Part shown: positions 7,493-16,929 of the stretch, piece after piece
Layout: each line of letters opens with the position of its first letter
How positions within the stretch are numbered: position 1 is the first letter of the stretch
NCBI GenBank assembly: GCA_027030825.1
Contig: JALVEM010000263.1
Coordinates: 1-27,323, forward strand
DNA from: Thiohalobacter sp.
GTDB lineage: Bacteria > Pseudomonadota > Gammaproteobacteria > Thiohalobacterales > Thiohalobacteraceae
Direction of reading: 5' to 3'
DNA: 27,323 bases
Made by a program: the position numbers and the translations under genes
The notes under the pieces: generated by a model
Database searches by the model: none
The model's input: the letters and a program-made list of their open reading frames with translations, nothing else
What the model was told of the DNA's origin: nothing

Positions 7493-8959
7493 TCAACGGC
7501 TGCGCAGTTTCCTTCCCTGAACGGGGTACACGAGTGACAGCAGCTCGATCGATGCCTGACGATTCACCATCAGACTGACCAAAGGATAAGCCAGCATACC
7601 GGACAACACCAACAGCAGGAACCGTGCCATCACCTCCACTTGCTGCCCGAAAAGCATCCTCTCCGCGACAATCGCAACATACATGACAATTCCTGACATT
7701 AACGAGGGGGCCACCGCAGCAGCGAACTCGCCGATACCTATGCCGATCAGGGGGATCGAACGCATCAACATGACTGCAAACGCCAGCGGGTATGCAATGC
7801 ACCAGGCGACGACCACGCCCGTCAGCCCCCATCTCGTTCCGACAAGCACGGCCGACGGCACGATGATGCAGGCCAGCGAAAGATTGACGACATTGACATC
7901 CGGCCTGCCGACCGCCTTCACGGCCGTGGGGACATTGGCGCCCAGCATCTTCAGTGGCATGACCAGTGCCAGCAGCTGAATCGGCAGAACCACCTCTTGC
8001 CACTTGGCACCGAGCAACACGCTCACAGCCTCCGGTGCAACGGCCGATATGCCAAAGAACACGGGAACGGCAAAAACGGATATCAGACGCGTTGCCTTGA
8101 GAAAGGCGCTTCTGAAGCGTTCGCGATCATCCTGCAATGCGGAGAATGCCGGCAGACTCACCTGCGTCATGATCGCATTGAGCTTCTGCGAGGGGAGTGC
8201 TGCAAGCTGTCTGGCCACGGAATACAGTCCAAGTATCTCGTTGCCCAGTATGCGTCCTATGATGAAGATGTCCGATTCGGTATAGAGGTACCACAAGAGG
8301 CGTTCCAGCGTCACCCAGCCCCCGAACTTCGCGATTCCGAGGACACGCCCAAGTCGCGGGGTCGGGACCCTCAAATAGGGATACAGCAGATTGAGACCGA
8401 GCATGCGAACGAACATGCGCAGCAGATTTCCGTAGACGAGCGACCAGACCCCCTTCCCTACGAGCGCCAGATAGAGCGTGAACAGGCTGCCGACAATCGT
8501 CGATACCAGCTCGACAATCGCTCTGCGATTGAATTCCATACGCTTCTCGAGCATGGACTGGGGCACGATGGAAAGCGCCAGGAGAAAGAACTGCAACCCT
8601 ATCACGCGAACCACATCGATCAACCGTGGTTCACCGAAAAAGGACGCCAGCGGGATCGCAGCATGGTAGAGAACCACATAAAGCAGACCGTTGACGACGA
8701 GCGCCAGCGTATAGGCCTCTCGAACCAGCCCCTGATCGAGATCGCGTTTCTGGATCAGGGCGGCCCCCATGCCCATCTCGGCAAGCAGGTTGAGGAAGGT
8801 GATCACGGCCATCGCCATGGCCATCAATCCGTAATCCTCCGGCGCCAGCAGGCGTATGACGACGATCGTGATCACCCAGCTCGCGAGCTGGGACAACAGG
8901 CGGGCAGCCGCCATCCACTTCAGGGCGCTGACCACGCGCTGTCCCAGGCGATCATGCAT
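7493..8959 (-). CDS. wzx: Wzx/PST-family polysaccharide flippase
   Basis: VIRLLAPEDYGLMAMA, EMGMGAALIQ and GNEILGLYSVA motifs; about 12-14 hydrophobic segments. Start moved to ATG 8959 (MHDRLGQ...), which overlaps the upstream stop by 8 bp. Confidence 0.9.
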   Translation of the reverse strand: MHDRLGQRVVSALKWMAAARLLSQLASWVITIVVIRLLAPEDYGLMAMAMAVITFLNLLAEMGMGAALIQKRDLDQGLVREAYTLALVVNGLLYVVLYHAAIPLASFFGEPRLIDVVRVIGLQFFLLALSIVPQSMLEKRMEFNRRAIVELVSTIVGSLFTLYLALVGKGVWSLVYGNLLRMFVRMLGLNLLYPYLRVPTPRLGRVLGIAKFGGWVTLERLLWYLYTESDIFIIGRILGNEILGLYSVARQLAALPSQKLNAIMTQVSLPAFSALQDDRERFRSAFLKATRLISVFAVPVFFGISAVAPEAVSVLLGAKWQEVVLPIQLLALVMPLKMLGANVPTAVKAVGRPDVNVVNLSLACIIVPSAVLVGTRWGLTGVVVAWCIAYPLAFAVMLMRSIPLIGIGIGEFAAAVAPSLMSGIVMYVAIVAERMLFGQQVEVMARFLLLVLSGMLAYPLVSLMVNRQASIELLSLVYPVQGRKLRSR

Positions 8960-10112
8960 GGCCCGCCTCCAGGCAGCGGCCTGCAATTTCCGTCACCCGT
9001 CTTGCATTCTCGACCCAGTCGAAGCCCGCATCCGCCAGACGCGCCCTGGCACCTCTGCCGAGCCTTTCGCGAAGGGCGTCATCCTCGCAGAGTCTGGCCA
9101 GCCCCTTGCCGAAGTCCTCGGACGAATCCGCATCGAAAAGAAGCGCCTCGGACTCGTGCCTCACGATCTCGCGTATGTTTCTCCTGTCAGGCGCAAGGAT
9201 CGCGCAGCCAGCGGCCATGTATTCGAAGATCTTGAGTGGCGAAGCATACTCGACGACGTCCGGCTGCAATGCAACATCGAAGGCACACACATAGCGCCTC
9301 ACATCTTCATGATCGACATAACCCGTGATGGTGAACCTCTCGCTCAGACCCAGACGCTTCGCACGCTGCTCGAGGCTCGACCTGACGGGGCCGTCACCCA
9401 CCAGAAGCAGATGCACGTCCCGTCTCGTCTCCTCCCGTGCCATGTAATCCAGCACTCTTTCCATCCCGTGCCACTCGCGGACAAAACCCGAGAAGCCGAG
9501 CACAAGAGCATTCTCCAGACCCAGCGCTCGCTTGGCCTCGATGCGGGATGGCGCCTGCTCCCAGTCGGATCGGCATATGCCATTGTGGATGACCGTCATC
9601 CGCTCTTGCGGCACACCAGTATCGGCAATGATTTCGGAAAGGACCCGTGTCACTGGAAAGAGATGCGTCGCATTCTTCCAGGAGAATCGTTCCGTCCATC
9701 TCGCAAGCGGCCTGCATGCCAGGCCGTCATAGCGACTGCGCTCCATGAACAGTGGCGCATTGACTTCGAGCAACAGGGGCAGCCTGGTCAGCCTCGCCGC
9801 CAGAACCCCGGCGATGAAGTTCAGGTTGTAGCGCTCATAGACGACATCGGGAGAATGTCTCCGAATAGCCCCCAATATCCGGAACAGGGCCGGAAGGTTG
9901 TAGCCGAACTCGAGCAGTTCATAGATGAACGAAGGCACGTGCCGTTTCAGCCAGTCGACAGCACCTGCCACCCCGCCATATTCCTCTTCCATGATCTCCG
10001 GCCCCACGATCACGACCTCGTGTCCCAGGGAACGGAGCGCCCGGATGAGCTCGCTCATGTGAACGTACTGCCCGTCCTTGGATGCGATCCTGTGATGAAA
10101 AAGAATCTTCAT
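8952..10112 (-). CDS. Glycosyltransferase family 4 (GT-B)
   Basis: GFSGFVREWHG, LLLVGDGP and YASPLKIFEYMAAGCAI (E-x7-E-like region); ATGA overlap with the upstream GT4. Confidence 0.92.
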   Translation of the reverse strand: MKILFHHRIASKDGQYVHMSELIRALRSLGHEVVIVGPEIMEEEYGGVAGAVDWLKRHVPSFIYELLEFGYNLPALFRILGAIRRHSPDVVYERYNLNFIAGVLAARLTRLPLLLEVNAPLFMERSRYDGLACRPLARWTERFSWKNATHLFPVTRVLSEIIADTGVPQERMTVIHNGICRSDWEQAPSRIEAKRALGLENALVLGFSGFVREWHGMERVLDYMAREETRRDVHLLLVGDGPVRSSLEQRAKRLGLSERFTITGYVDHEDVRRYVCAFDVALQPDVVEYASPLKIFEYMAAGCAILAPDRRNIREIVRHESEALLFDADSSEDFGKGLARLCEDDALRERLGRGARARLADAGFDWVENARRVTEIAGRCLEAGHA

Positions 10113-11314
10113 CTGCCCGCCAGCTCCGAAAATATCGTCAGCATCCCGCTGGTGGTTTCATCCCAGGAAAACCTTTCTGCATACCTGCGCGTCGCATCGC
10201 TCGATGGCATGTTTGCAAGAAGCCTCCTGATACCGCCGGCAAGTGCCTCCGGTGTCCGATCATCCACCAGCACACCGGCCTCGGGCGAGGCCACCACTTC
10301 CGGAACACCCCAGATGCTCGTGGCGACCACGGGAACGCCACAGGCCATGGATTCGAGCAGAACGTTCGGCCACCCCTCCCTGTCGGAGGCGAGAACCAGA
10401 ACATCCGCAGCCGAGTAATATTCGGCAAGCTCCCGATGAGGCACCTCTCCAGCAAAGACCACCCTGTCGGCAACCTGCAGATCGGCTGCATGCGCCTCGA
10501 GGCGCCTTCGCTCCGGTCCGTCGCCCACGATCAGAAGCTGCACATCGGGCTCGAGCCGTGCAAGTGCACCGATGACCAGATCATGCCCCTTTCTCCGGAT
10601 CAGATGCCCCACACTGATCAGTACCCTGCCATCCAGACCGAACCTCTCCCTGATCCGGCGTCCGTCGACCGGGCGAAACATTTCCAGATCGACACCGTTT
10701 CTCAGAACGTGGATTTTCTCGTCATCGATCCCGAGGCCGATCATTTCGTCCTTCAGCGCCCTGCAGACCGTGATCATCGCCGATGCCCTTCGGGCCGCCC
10801 ATCGTATCCAGGCCCTCGGTACCCTGTATCGCGGAATCAGATTGATGTCCGTTCCCCGGGCCGTGATCACGAGCGGTATCGACAGCCAGCCCGAGAGCAG
10901 GGCGGCCGCCACGCCGTCCGGGTAGAAGTAATGTGCATCGAGTACATCGACACCTCCCATCTCGTCGATGGCGCTTCTGACGGGTCCCAGGGTGGCCATC
11001 GCCATGAGCAACGGTGTCATGCTCATGCCAACCTTCGGAATCACCGGATACCGTGGATGGAGAATGCGTATCCCATGACGGGACTCCTCGTGGCAGACAC
11101 CGGCAAACTCGGCATAGCTCCCGAACCAGTCCGATCTGAACGGAAACCATGGAACCGGCGCGACCACCTGGATCCGGACCCGCCCTGTCCGGAGTGCATG
11201 CCTGAGCCGGTTCTCGACGAATACCCCATGCCGTGTCTGAATATCATTGGGATACAGAGTCGTGTACGTGAGCACTCGCAGCGGCCTGTCGCCACCTTTC
11301 TCCACGTTCACCAT
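10109..11314 (-). CDS. Glycosyltransferase family 4 (TuaC-like)
   Basis: LDAHYFYPDGVAA, VITARGTDIN, LISVGHLIRRKG and SDREGWPNVLLESMACGVPVV motifs. Confidence 0.92.
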   Translation of the reverse strand: MVNVEKGGDRPLRVLTYTTLYPNDIQTRHGVFVENRLRHALRTGRVRIQVVAPVPWFPFRSDWFGSYAEFAGVCHEESRHGIRILHPRYPVIPKVGMSMTPLLMAMATLGPVRSAIDEMGGVDVLDAHYFYPDGVAAALLSGWLSIPLVITARGTDINLIPRYRVPRAWIRWAARRASAMITVCRALKDEMIGLGIDDEKIHVLRNGVDLEMFRPVDGRRIRERFGLDGRVLISVGHLIRRKGHDLVIGALARLEPDVQLLIVGDGPERRRLEAHAADLQVADRVVFAGEVPHRELAEYYSAADVLVLASDREGWPNVLLESMACGVPVVATSIWGVPEVVASPEAGVLVDDRTPEALAGGIRRLLANMPSSDATRRYAERFSWDETTSGMLTIFSELAGR

Positions 11315-12333
11315 CTGTCTCCGTATATCCTGCCCATGTGACTCCGCATCACCACATCATGAATCTGCCGTATCGTGTCCTCGTCCAGCTCGGTGCGCCA
11401 CTTGTTGGCGGATTCGCGAGGATTCTTGTAGATGCTGTAATACTTGTCGTTCTTCCTGCGCCCCGTCTGCAGGATGAATTCCTCGGTCTGGGAATGCCAT
11501 TCCAGATCACAGAATTCGAACAGCTCCCTCATCCGGTCCACCGGCTCGTCACAGATGTCCTCGTATCTGACCAGTCGATAGCCTGCCCTCTCCCGACAGC
11601 CCCTGAAGGCCTGCTCGTTGTAGAGCAACCACTTCCACGCCAGCCTCTGGACCGGCGTGGATTCCCTGAGCGTTTCCATGTCGACACCCAGACCCCTGGC
11701 CGTCTCCGAATCGACTATCTTCTCGAACAGTCCGTAATCCTCGCTGGACGGGGTCCGATCCCGGAAACGCCCCCGGGACTCCCCTCTGAGAACGGATGCG
11801 ATGAAACCACAGGGATGCCTGACGATGTGCACGCCGCGCGCACTTCCGACCGCATCGAGAAACAGAGGCAGTCTGCCCAGAGACTCGATCGACTTCCACA
11901 CCAGCCGCGCTCCGCTTCCGACAGGGTCACCCTCGGGAATGCGCGTGATATGCACGTTCGTCAGCTTCTCCGCAAGAAGCGCCGACATGATCGCCAGTCT
12001 GTACAGTCCCTGGCTCATGGGCGATCGCCACTGCTTGTTGAATATCGGCCTCTTGCCGCAGATCGAAGTGTTGCACGTGGCGGGAAGCCGTTCGATGTAT
12101 TCACGCGCCAGTCTGACCTGCTCCGTATCCCCGGCATCGGCGAAGGTCGGAATGCCCGTGATCCGATGCCAGCTGTCCGGCTCGTGTCGATACAGGACGC
12201 CGGGATGACTGTCGAACAGCTTGCCTATCCAGGTCGTGCCCGACCTGGGCAGCCCGAATGCCAGAATCGGCCTGTCGAGACCGTACCCGACAGAATCAGA
12301 CACCATGGTTACCGCCTCGACAGCCTCGTCCAT
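11308..12333 (-). CDS. PAPS-dependent sulfotransferase
   Basis: 5'-PSB loop GLPRSGTTW followed by SHP...YRHEPD; 3'-PB-like IVRHPCGFIAS; VRYEDICDEP. Confidence 0.9.
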   Translation of the reverse strand: MDEAVEAVTMVSDSVGYGLDRPILAFGLPRSGTTWIGKLFDSHPGVLYRHEPDSWHRITGIPTFADAGDTEQVRLAREYIERLPATCNTSICGKRPIFNKQWRSPMSQGLYRLAIMSALLAEKLTNVHITRIPEGDPVGSGARLVWKSIESLGRLPLFLDAVGSARGVHIVRHPCGFIASVLRGESRGRFRDRTPSSEDYGLFEKIVDSETARGLGVDMETLRESTPVQRLAWKWLLYNEQAFRGCRERAGYRLVRYEDICDEPVDRMRELFEFCDLEWHSQTEEFILQTGRRKNDKYYSIYKNPRESANKWRTELDEDTIRQIHDVVMRSHMGRIYGDRW

Positions 12334-12407
12334 CGGTCATCCCCATTCACTCATCCTCGTTTCGACAATCCCGGTGCGCCTTCCTGCATGCCACAGGACG
12401 CACGATA

Positions 12408-13400
12408 CTATGCGAACACCTCGATGACGGAACGGGATGCAACCAGCACCGCCAACGAAGTGAAAAGTGCCCACAGAACTTCATTACGTGATGCTCCGAT
12501 ACCCACCCTGAACGATGCATTATCCGCACCAAACCGTCCCCTGTCCGACCACCAGGCACCGGCAACGGCGAGCAGAAGGATGATGACGACATAGAGCTGC
12601 CATCCATAGAGCACGTGATCCGCATAGGCAGACGATGCCAGCCCCCTCTCCTGAGCAAGAAGCATGATGCCGGTCACCCTGACGATATTGACGACAAGTG
12701 CCATGACCATGGCGACCGCCACGAACAACAGCCTTTTCGTAACGGTCCCGTAATAGACCCAGGCCATCGCCAGCATGATCACGGCCATGGCGATGAGGAA
12801 CCTGTATCCAGAGCAGGCTTCGGCAACCTCGAAATCCGCCACGGGCAGGCTGAGCAGTGTCCCGTCCCTGAACACGGGCACATTCAGGAGCTGCAGCATG
12901 GCTTCCGCACCCTGTGCGGTGATTGTCTGCAGGAAGGGCACGAGCCACTTGCCGTCGACGGGCACCGCCAGAAACATGTAGCCGATCGGGAAGATCATGC
13001 GTCTCGACACATCCTGACCGAAGAGAGCCAGCACGGAAAACGGGATGATCGAGACGACGCCGGCGTGCATGAATATGTTGAGATCCCACAGCCGGCCGAG
13101 TGCCCATACGGTCACCGCCAGCAGCAGCCCCAAGATCCCCCAGGCACTGGGCTTGAGCACCGCCCCGTCCAGTTTTCCTCTGGACAGGAACGCCAGCCAA
13201 AGGGCGATGGGCATGACCAGAAATCCATGCCGGTATTCCCCGGTCCTGTTCCAGGTCTGAATGAGAGAGCGGAAGGCGTCGGCATAGACGACGAATGCAG
13301 TCACGAGCAGGATGGCCCATGATGCGATACAGAGCCCGGCGGTGAATCGACCGTCAGAGGAATGCCCTGCCTGTTCCAGGTTCTGTATTCCTCGCACCAT
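12408..13400 (-). CDS. xrtA: Exosortase A (EpsH family) with no fused EpsI domain
   Basis: W..TGEYRHGFLVMPI and FLAVPV motifs; catalytic-type residues VAEACSG (Cys 12813-12815), NIVR (Arg) and DHVLYGW (His); multi-TM; stops at TAG after 330 aa. Confidence 0.88.
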   Translation of the reverse strand: MVRGIQNLEQAGHSSDGRFTAGLCIASWAILLVTAFVVYADAFRSLIQTWNRTGEYRHGFLVMPIALWLAFLSRGKLDGAVLKPSAWGILGLLLAVTVWALGRLWDLNIFMHAGVVSIIPFSVLALFGQDVSRRMIFPIGYMFLAVPVDGKWLVPFLQTITAQGAEAMLQLLNVPVFRDGTLLSLPVADFEVAEACSGYRFLIAMAVIMLAMAWVYYGTVTKRLLFVAVAMVMALVVNIVRVTGIMLLAQERGLASSAYADHVLYGWQLYVVIILLLAVAGAWWSDRGRFGADNASFRVGIGASRNEVLWALFTSLAVLVASRSVIEVFA

Positions 13401-13490
13401 TCATCCCGGATCACATTGGCCGAACGGCCGTGGAAATGGCGATTCCACCATGCGGCCCCGTCGCCACCGCAGACTGCGTGGATCGATGAT

Positions 13491-14300
13491 TCAGTAGGTT
13501 CCCTTGGCCTGCCAGATATTCTTGTTGAGCACCATTCCGATGGCCTTGTCCCTTTCCAGATATCCCAGCGCCTCCTGAATATCCTGCCGTGTCGTCTTTC
13601 CGGCCTCGACGACGACCGTGATCTGTCCGGCATGCTGTGCCAGCACCTTCGCCTGGCTCGATGCCAGCAGCGAAGTGGCATCGATGACGACGATGCGATC
13701 GTGATAGCGCTGGGAGAGCTCCGCGATGAGCCTGCGCATCCTGCCGCTCGTCAGGAGCTCGGTGCTCCTCGGGTTCCTTGCCTGTCCGGCCGGCAGGATC
13801 CTCAGACCCTCGACATTCGTCTTGACGATCACGTCTCGCAGGTCCTTGTCCTCTTCGGAGAGCACATCGAGCAGCCCCTCGTGATTCTCCAGACCGAATA
13901 CCCGTGACAACCCACGGTTTCTGATGTTTCCGTCGATCAGGAGAACGGTCGTGTCCAGCTCCATCGCGATGCTCATTGCAAGATTCACGGCCACGAAGGT
14001 CTTGCCCTCTCCCTCGAGCGCACTGGTCACCAGAACCACATTGGCATTGGGCAGATCGAGGCGTTCGTTTCTGCCGAGCGCCAGCTTGAGAATCGGCAGC
14101 TTCAGCATCCGGAATTCTTCCATGAGCTGCGCCGAGGCATGCTCCGGTGTCAGAAATCCGCGCTTGTGCAGCTTGTCGAGGTCGATCTCGTGAAATTCCG
14201 AGCCTTGACTCACATTCCCTGCCTCGCCCCCCGTTTCGGAATGTGAATCCGGCAGATGCTCGAACAGTTCCACCGCCTTTTCTATCGTGTTATCCGTCAT
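13491..14300 (-). CDS. XrtA-associated tyrosine autokinase-like protein (TIGR03018-like, cytoplasmic half of a split Wzc)
   Basis: EEFRMLKLP, Walker A SALEGEGKT, VNLAMSIAMELDTTVLLID and VVEAGKTT motifs. GAGAGGA RBS favours ATG 14300 over 14315. Confidence 0.88.
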   Translation of the reverse strand: MTDNTIEKAVELFEHLPDSHSETGGEAGNVSQGSEFHEIDLDKLHKRGFLTPEHASAQLMEEFRMLKLPILKLALGRNERLDLPNANVVLVTSALEGEGKTFVAVNLAMSIAMELDTTVLLIDGNIRNRGLSRVFGLENHEGLLDVLSEEDKDLRDVIVKTNVEGLRILPAGQARNPRSTELLTSGRMRRLIAELSQRYHDRIVVIDATSLLASSQAKVLAQHAGQITVVVEAGKTTRQDIQEALGYLERDKAIGMVLNKNIWQAKGTY

Positions 14301-14334
14301 GGCATGTCCTCTCACGCGTACAGACGCCGATCCG

Positions 14335-15912
14335 TCACCCTGTGAGCATCATTCTTATCATCGTCACCAGCTCGAGAAACTTCTCCCGAGCACCACTGGT
14401 GAGCACCATGCTGTACATTGCCAGCAGCCCGCCCAGCGCCATGACCAGACCGGTCTTGTTCACGGACTGGATGTAGATGCTGCCGTCCTTCTCGATCGTG
14501 GAGATGCTGGCCAGTACAGGATGGCCCGATACCCGACCGAGCATGACCTTGTCATGGATGCGGGGGCGAATCTGGGTCAGCACGATGCCAACGAACATTC
14601 CCATGCCGATGGAGACGACCAGCACTGCCGTATTCAACAGTGTTCGCGGAGGCCATGTGGGAATCGAGGACACGATCGGCGGCTCGATGACCTTGAACTT
14701 GACCGTGTCACCGGACTTGTCGACGTTTTCGGAGATTCTCGCCGATTCCCGCCGCTCCACCAGCTCCTCGTAGTTTCTCTTGTTGATGTTGTAGTCGCGA
14801 TTGAGCCGCTTGTATTCCGTTTCGATCTGCGGCGAAAGCTTGGCGAGCTCCTCGAGCTTGCCGACACGCGCCCTGAATTCATCGACCCTCGCCCTCAAGG
14901 CGGCCACATTCGCATTGGCCTCGCTGAGCGATAACGCAAGCTCGGGCGGCAGATTGGCGCTCGTTTCCTCGGGTTCTCGCTCCATGAGCTCGGCCAGCTT
15001 CTCGAGTTCCTTCATGCGCTTGGCCTCGAGCTCGGCGATCATGTTTCTGAGCGTCTTGATTTCGGGATGCTCGTCCGTGTAGATGAGCGACAGATCGGCC
15101 AGCTGCTGTCGCAGCGCTTCCAGCCTGTCATCCACCGAGGTCCGGATCATGCCGGCCCCGCTGGCCACGGATGCCGCCGAGGAGGCTTTCTTGAAATCCC
15201 TCAACTGCTGCCTGATGGCGTTTCTGCGCAGCATGGCCTCCTTGAGCTCCAGTTCTGCCTGGCGCAGCTCCTTGCGCGTTTCCTCGAGCTTCTTGAAGAA
15301 GTCCCCGCCTTCCAGTATGTGAAGGTATTTCCTCCTGAACGCCGTCAGCCTGTCCTCGGCCTCCCTGAGCCGTCTCTCGTATTCCTCGATCTGGTTCTGC
15401 AGAAATTCCTTGGCGGAGTCCGTATCCTTGCGCGTATCACCGAGCATGGTCTCGATGAAGATGTCCAGCAGCACCTGCACCACGGCTCGCGCCTTCTCCG
15501 GATTTCCGTGCATGTAGGAAATCTCGTAGAGATTCTGCTGCTTGGAAAACTTGAGCTTGATGTCCTTGCCCAGTGCCCCGATCAGCCTGTCGAACTGTTC
15601 CGGCGCCAGGTCGCTGCTGTAGAGCCCCGACTTGATGGCGATCGCCTCCAGGTTGGGACGGCTCAGCAGCGCCTTGGTCATCAGCTGAATACGCTGATCG
15701 ATGTCCGTCTGGACCGCGAGCCCCTTGAGGAGAGGCCTCAACATGGATTCGGTGTCCACGTAGATCTTGGCGGTGGCCGTATACTTGTCCGGCAGCAACG
15801 CGACGCTGGCCCAGCCGATAACCGCCGTCAGCCAGGTCACCATCACGATCTGCCAGCGGTAGATCCACAGGGCACGCGCCTGGGAGTAGATCTGCTCGAA
15901 TATGTTCTGCAT
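14335..15912 (-). CDS. XrtA-system polysaccharide chain-length determinant (TIGR03007-like; Wzz / Wzc membrane half)
   Basis: N-terminal TM + LPDKYTATAKIYVDTESMLRPLLKGLAV; long coiled coil; YTDEHPEI; FKVIEPP...P followed by C-terminal TMs. Confidence 0.9.
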   Translation of the reverse strand: MQNIFEQIYSQARALWIYRWQIVMVTWLTAVIGWASVALLPDKYTATAKIYVDTESMLRPLLKGLAVQTDIDQRIQLMTKALLSRPNLEAIAIKSGLYSSDLAPEQFDRLIGALGKDIKLKFSKQQNLYEISYMHGNPEKARAVVQVLLDIFIETMLGDTRKDTDSAKEFLQNQIEEYERRLREAEDRLTAFRRKYLHILEGGDFFKKLEETRKELRQAELELKEAMLRRNAIRQQLRDFKKASSAASVASGAGMIRTSVDDRLEALRQQLADLSLIYTDEHPEIKTLRNMIAELEAKRMKELEKLAELMEREPEETSANLPPELALSLSEANANVAALRARVDEFRARVGKLEELAKLSPQIETEYKRLNRDYNINKRNYEELVERRESARISENVDKSGDTVKFKVIEPPIVSSIPTWPPRTLLNTAVLVVSIGMGMFVGIVLTQIRPRIHDKVMLGRVSGHPVLASISTIEKDGSIYIQSVNKTGLVMALGGLLAMYSMVLTSGAREKFLELVTMIRMMLTG

Positions 15913-15986
15913 GTCGTTATTCTCGAAATATATCCGTGATCCGTTTTTCCGCGCCCGGTCAACCGGACACGTTCAGCGGCACCCGG

Positions 15987-16631
15987 CTAGAACACGCTCT
16001 CGGGTATGACCACGATGTCGCCGGGCATCAGCTTGATGTTCTGCGAAACATCGCCCTCGTTGAGGAGATCGTCGAGTCTGACCCTGATCTCCACGTCCTT
16101 GCCGTCCACCTTCCTGATCACCTTGGTGCGATTGCCGGCGGCAAACTCGGACAGACCACCGGCCAGAATCACCGCATCCAGTATGGTGATGTTCTCGCGA
16201 TACGGAATGGCCTGCGGCTGGACCGCCTGGCCCACGATGCGTATCTGCTGGTCATATCGACCAACGAACCCGGTAACTGTAACAGTCACGATGGGATGCT
16301 TGACATACTTGGCGAGGCGCTGCTCCAGTTCCCGGGCGAGCTCGGTGGGTGTCTTGCCGCTCGCCTTGAGATCCTCGACCAGAGGCGTCGTGATGCGCCC
16401 GTCCGGACGAACCGGCACGGTGACATTCAGGTCCTTGTTGTTCCACACGAAAATCTGCAGGCTGTCGCCCGGACCGATCCGATACTCCGGCGCCTCCGTT
16501 TCCGAAACGGACGCTGTCGGCACCGACGGCGTCCTGCCGGCAGTGCTGCAGCCTGCAAGCCAGACCGCCGACAGAACCACTGTCATGAAATGACGGAAAC
16601 GGGCGACATGCGCTGATTTGCGGATTTTCAA
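15987..16631 (-). CDS. wza: Polysaccharide export lipoprotein, XrtA/PEP-CTERM system (TIGR03027-like, OPX/Wza family)
   Basis: Lipobox LAGC; EYRIGPGDSLQIFVW, VRPDGRITTPL, SLBB domain and PGDIVVIPES. Probable TTG start at 16631 behind a GAGGAG RBS (the track's 16673 has none). Confidence 0.92.
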   Translation of the reverse strand: MKIRKSAHVARFRHFMTVVLSAVWLAGCSTAGRTPSVPTASVSETEAPEYRIGPGDSLQIFVWNNKDLNVTVPVRPDGRITTPLVEDLKASGKTPTELARELEQRLAKYVKHPIVTVTVTGFVGRYDQQIRIVGQAVQPQAIPYRENITILDAVILAGGLSEFAAGNRTKVIRKVDGKDVEIRVRLDDLLNEGDVSQNIKLMPGDIVVIPESVF

Positions 16632-16700
16632 CTTGTTCTCTCCTCGGAAATGAAGTGGAAACGGCTTTTCCATGACCTCGGCGGAAAATGCATGACGGGG

Positions 16701-16717
16701 TGTCAGAAATTCTTACA
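16701..16717. promoter_or_regulatory. Enhancer-like box 1, TGTCAG-AAATT-CTTACA (TGTCA-N7-TTACA)
   Basis: Imperfect palindrome with the same half-sites and spacing as the box at 17023-17039; it fits the TGT-Nx-ACA style of sigma54 activator sites. Confidence 0.55.
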
Positions 16718-16776
16718 GCGTGATGTCTGGCTGGCGATCGTTCACGGGTATGCTCATTGCCATGGTCGGGTATCGA

Positions 16777-16792
16777 TGGCATCCAGCATGCG
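16777..16792 (+). promoter_or_regulatory. Putative sigma54 (-24/-12) promoter P1, TGGCATCCAGCATGCG
   Basis: Exact GG-N10-GC spacing with a TGGCA -24 element, 60 bp downstream of box 1. No obvious ORF follows directly. Confidence 0.4.
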
Positions 16793-16909
16793 CATACCGG
16801 TCGATCCTGCCCCCGTCTACAGAACCTCCCTTGAACCGACTGCAGTACCCGGCGCACTGCAGACTGGCATGGCGGACGGCAACTTGCGACAGTTGCGACC
16901 TTAATTACT

Positions 16910-16929
16910 GCATATTATCCATAATATGC
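16910..16929. repeat. Perfect AT-rich inverted repeat GCATATTAT-CC-ATAATATGC
   Basis: 9-bp arms with a 2-bp spacer, seen directly in the divergent intergenic region. Confidence 0.8.

Noticed and set aside
12334-12410. Possible nonsense or frameshift mutation hiding an EpsI domain after xrtA
   Set aside because: Only 74 bp remain before the sulfotransferase, far too little for EpsI; read-through stops after 18 codons.
16632-16673. Longer Wza N-terminus (MEKPF...) and similar upstream extensions for the PEP-CTERM gene (17159), kinase (14315) and wzx (8986)
   Set aside because: Downstream starts have clear RBSs or coupling and give normal signal-peptide lengths.
16655-16690. Minus-strand GG-N10-GC (AGGTCATGGAAAAGCC) as a sigma54 promoter for wza
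   Set aside because: Spacing fits but both the -24 and -12 flanks match poorly, and it is too close to box 1 for looping. The wza promoter remains unlocated.
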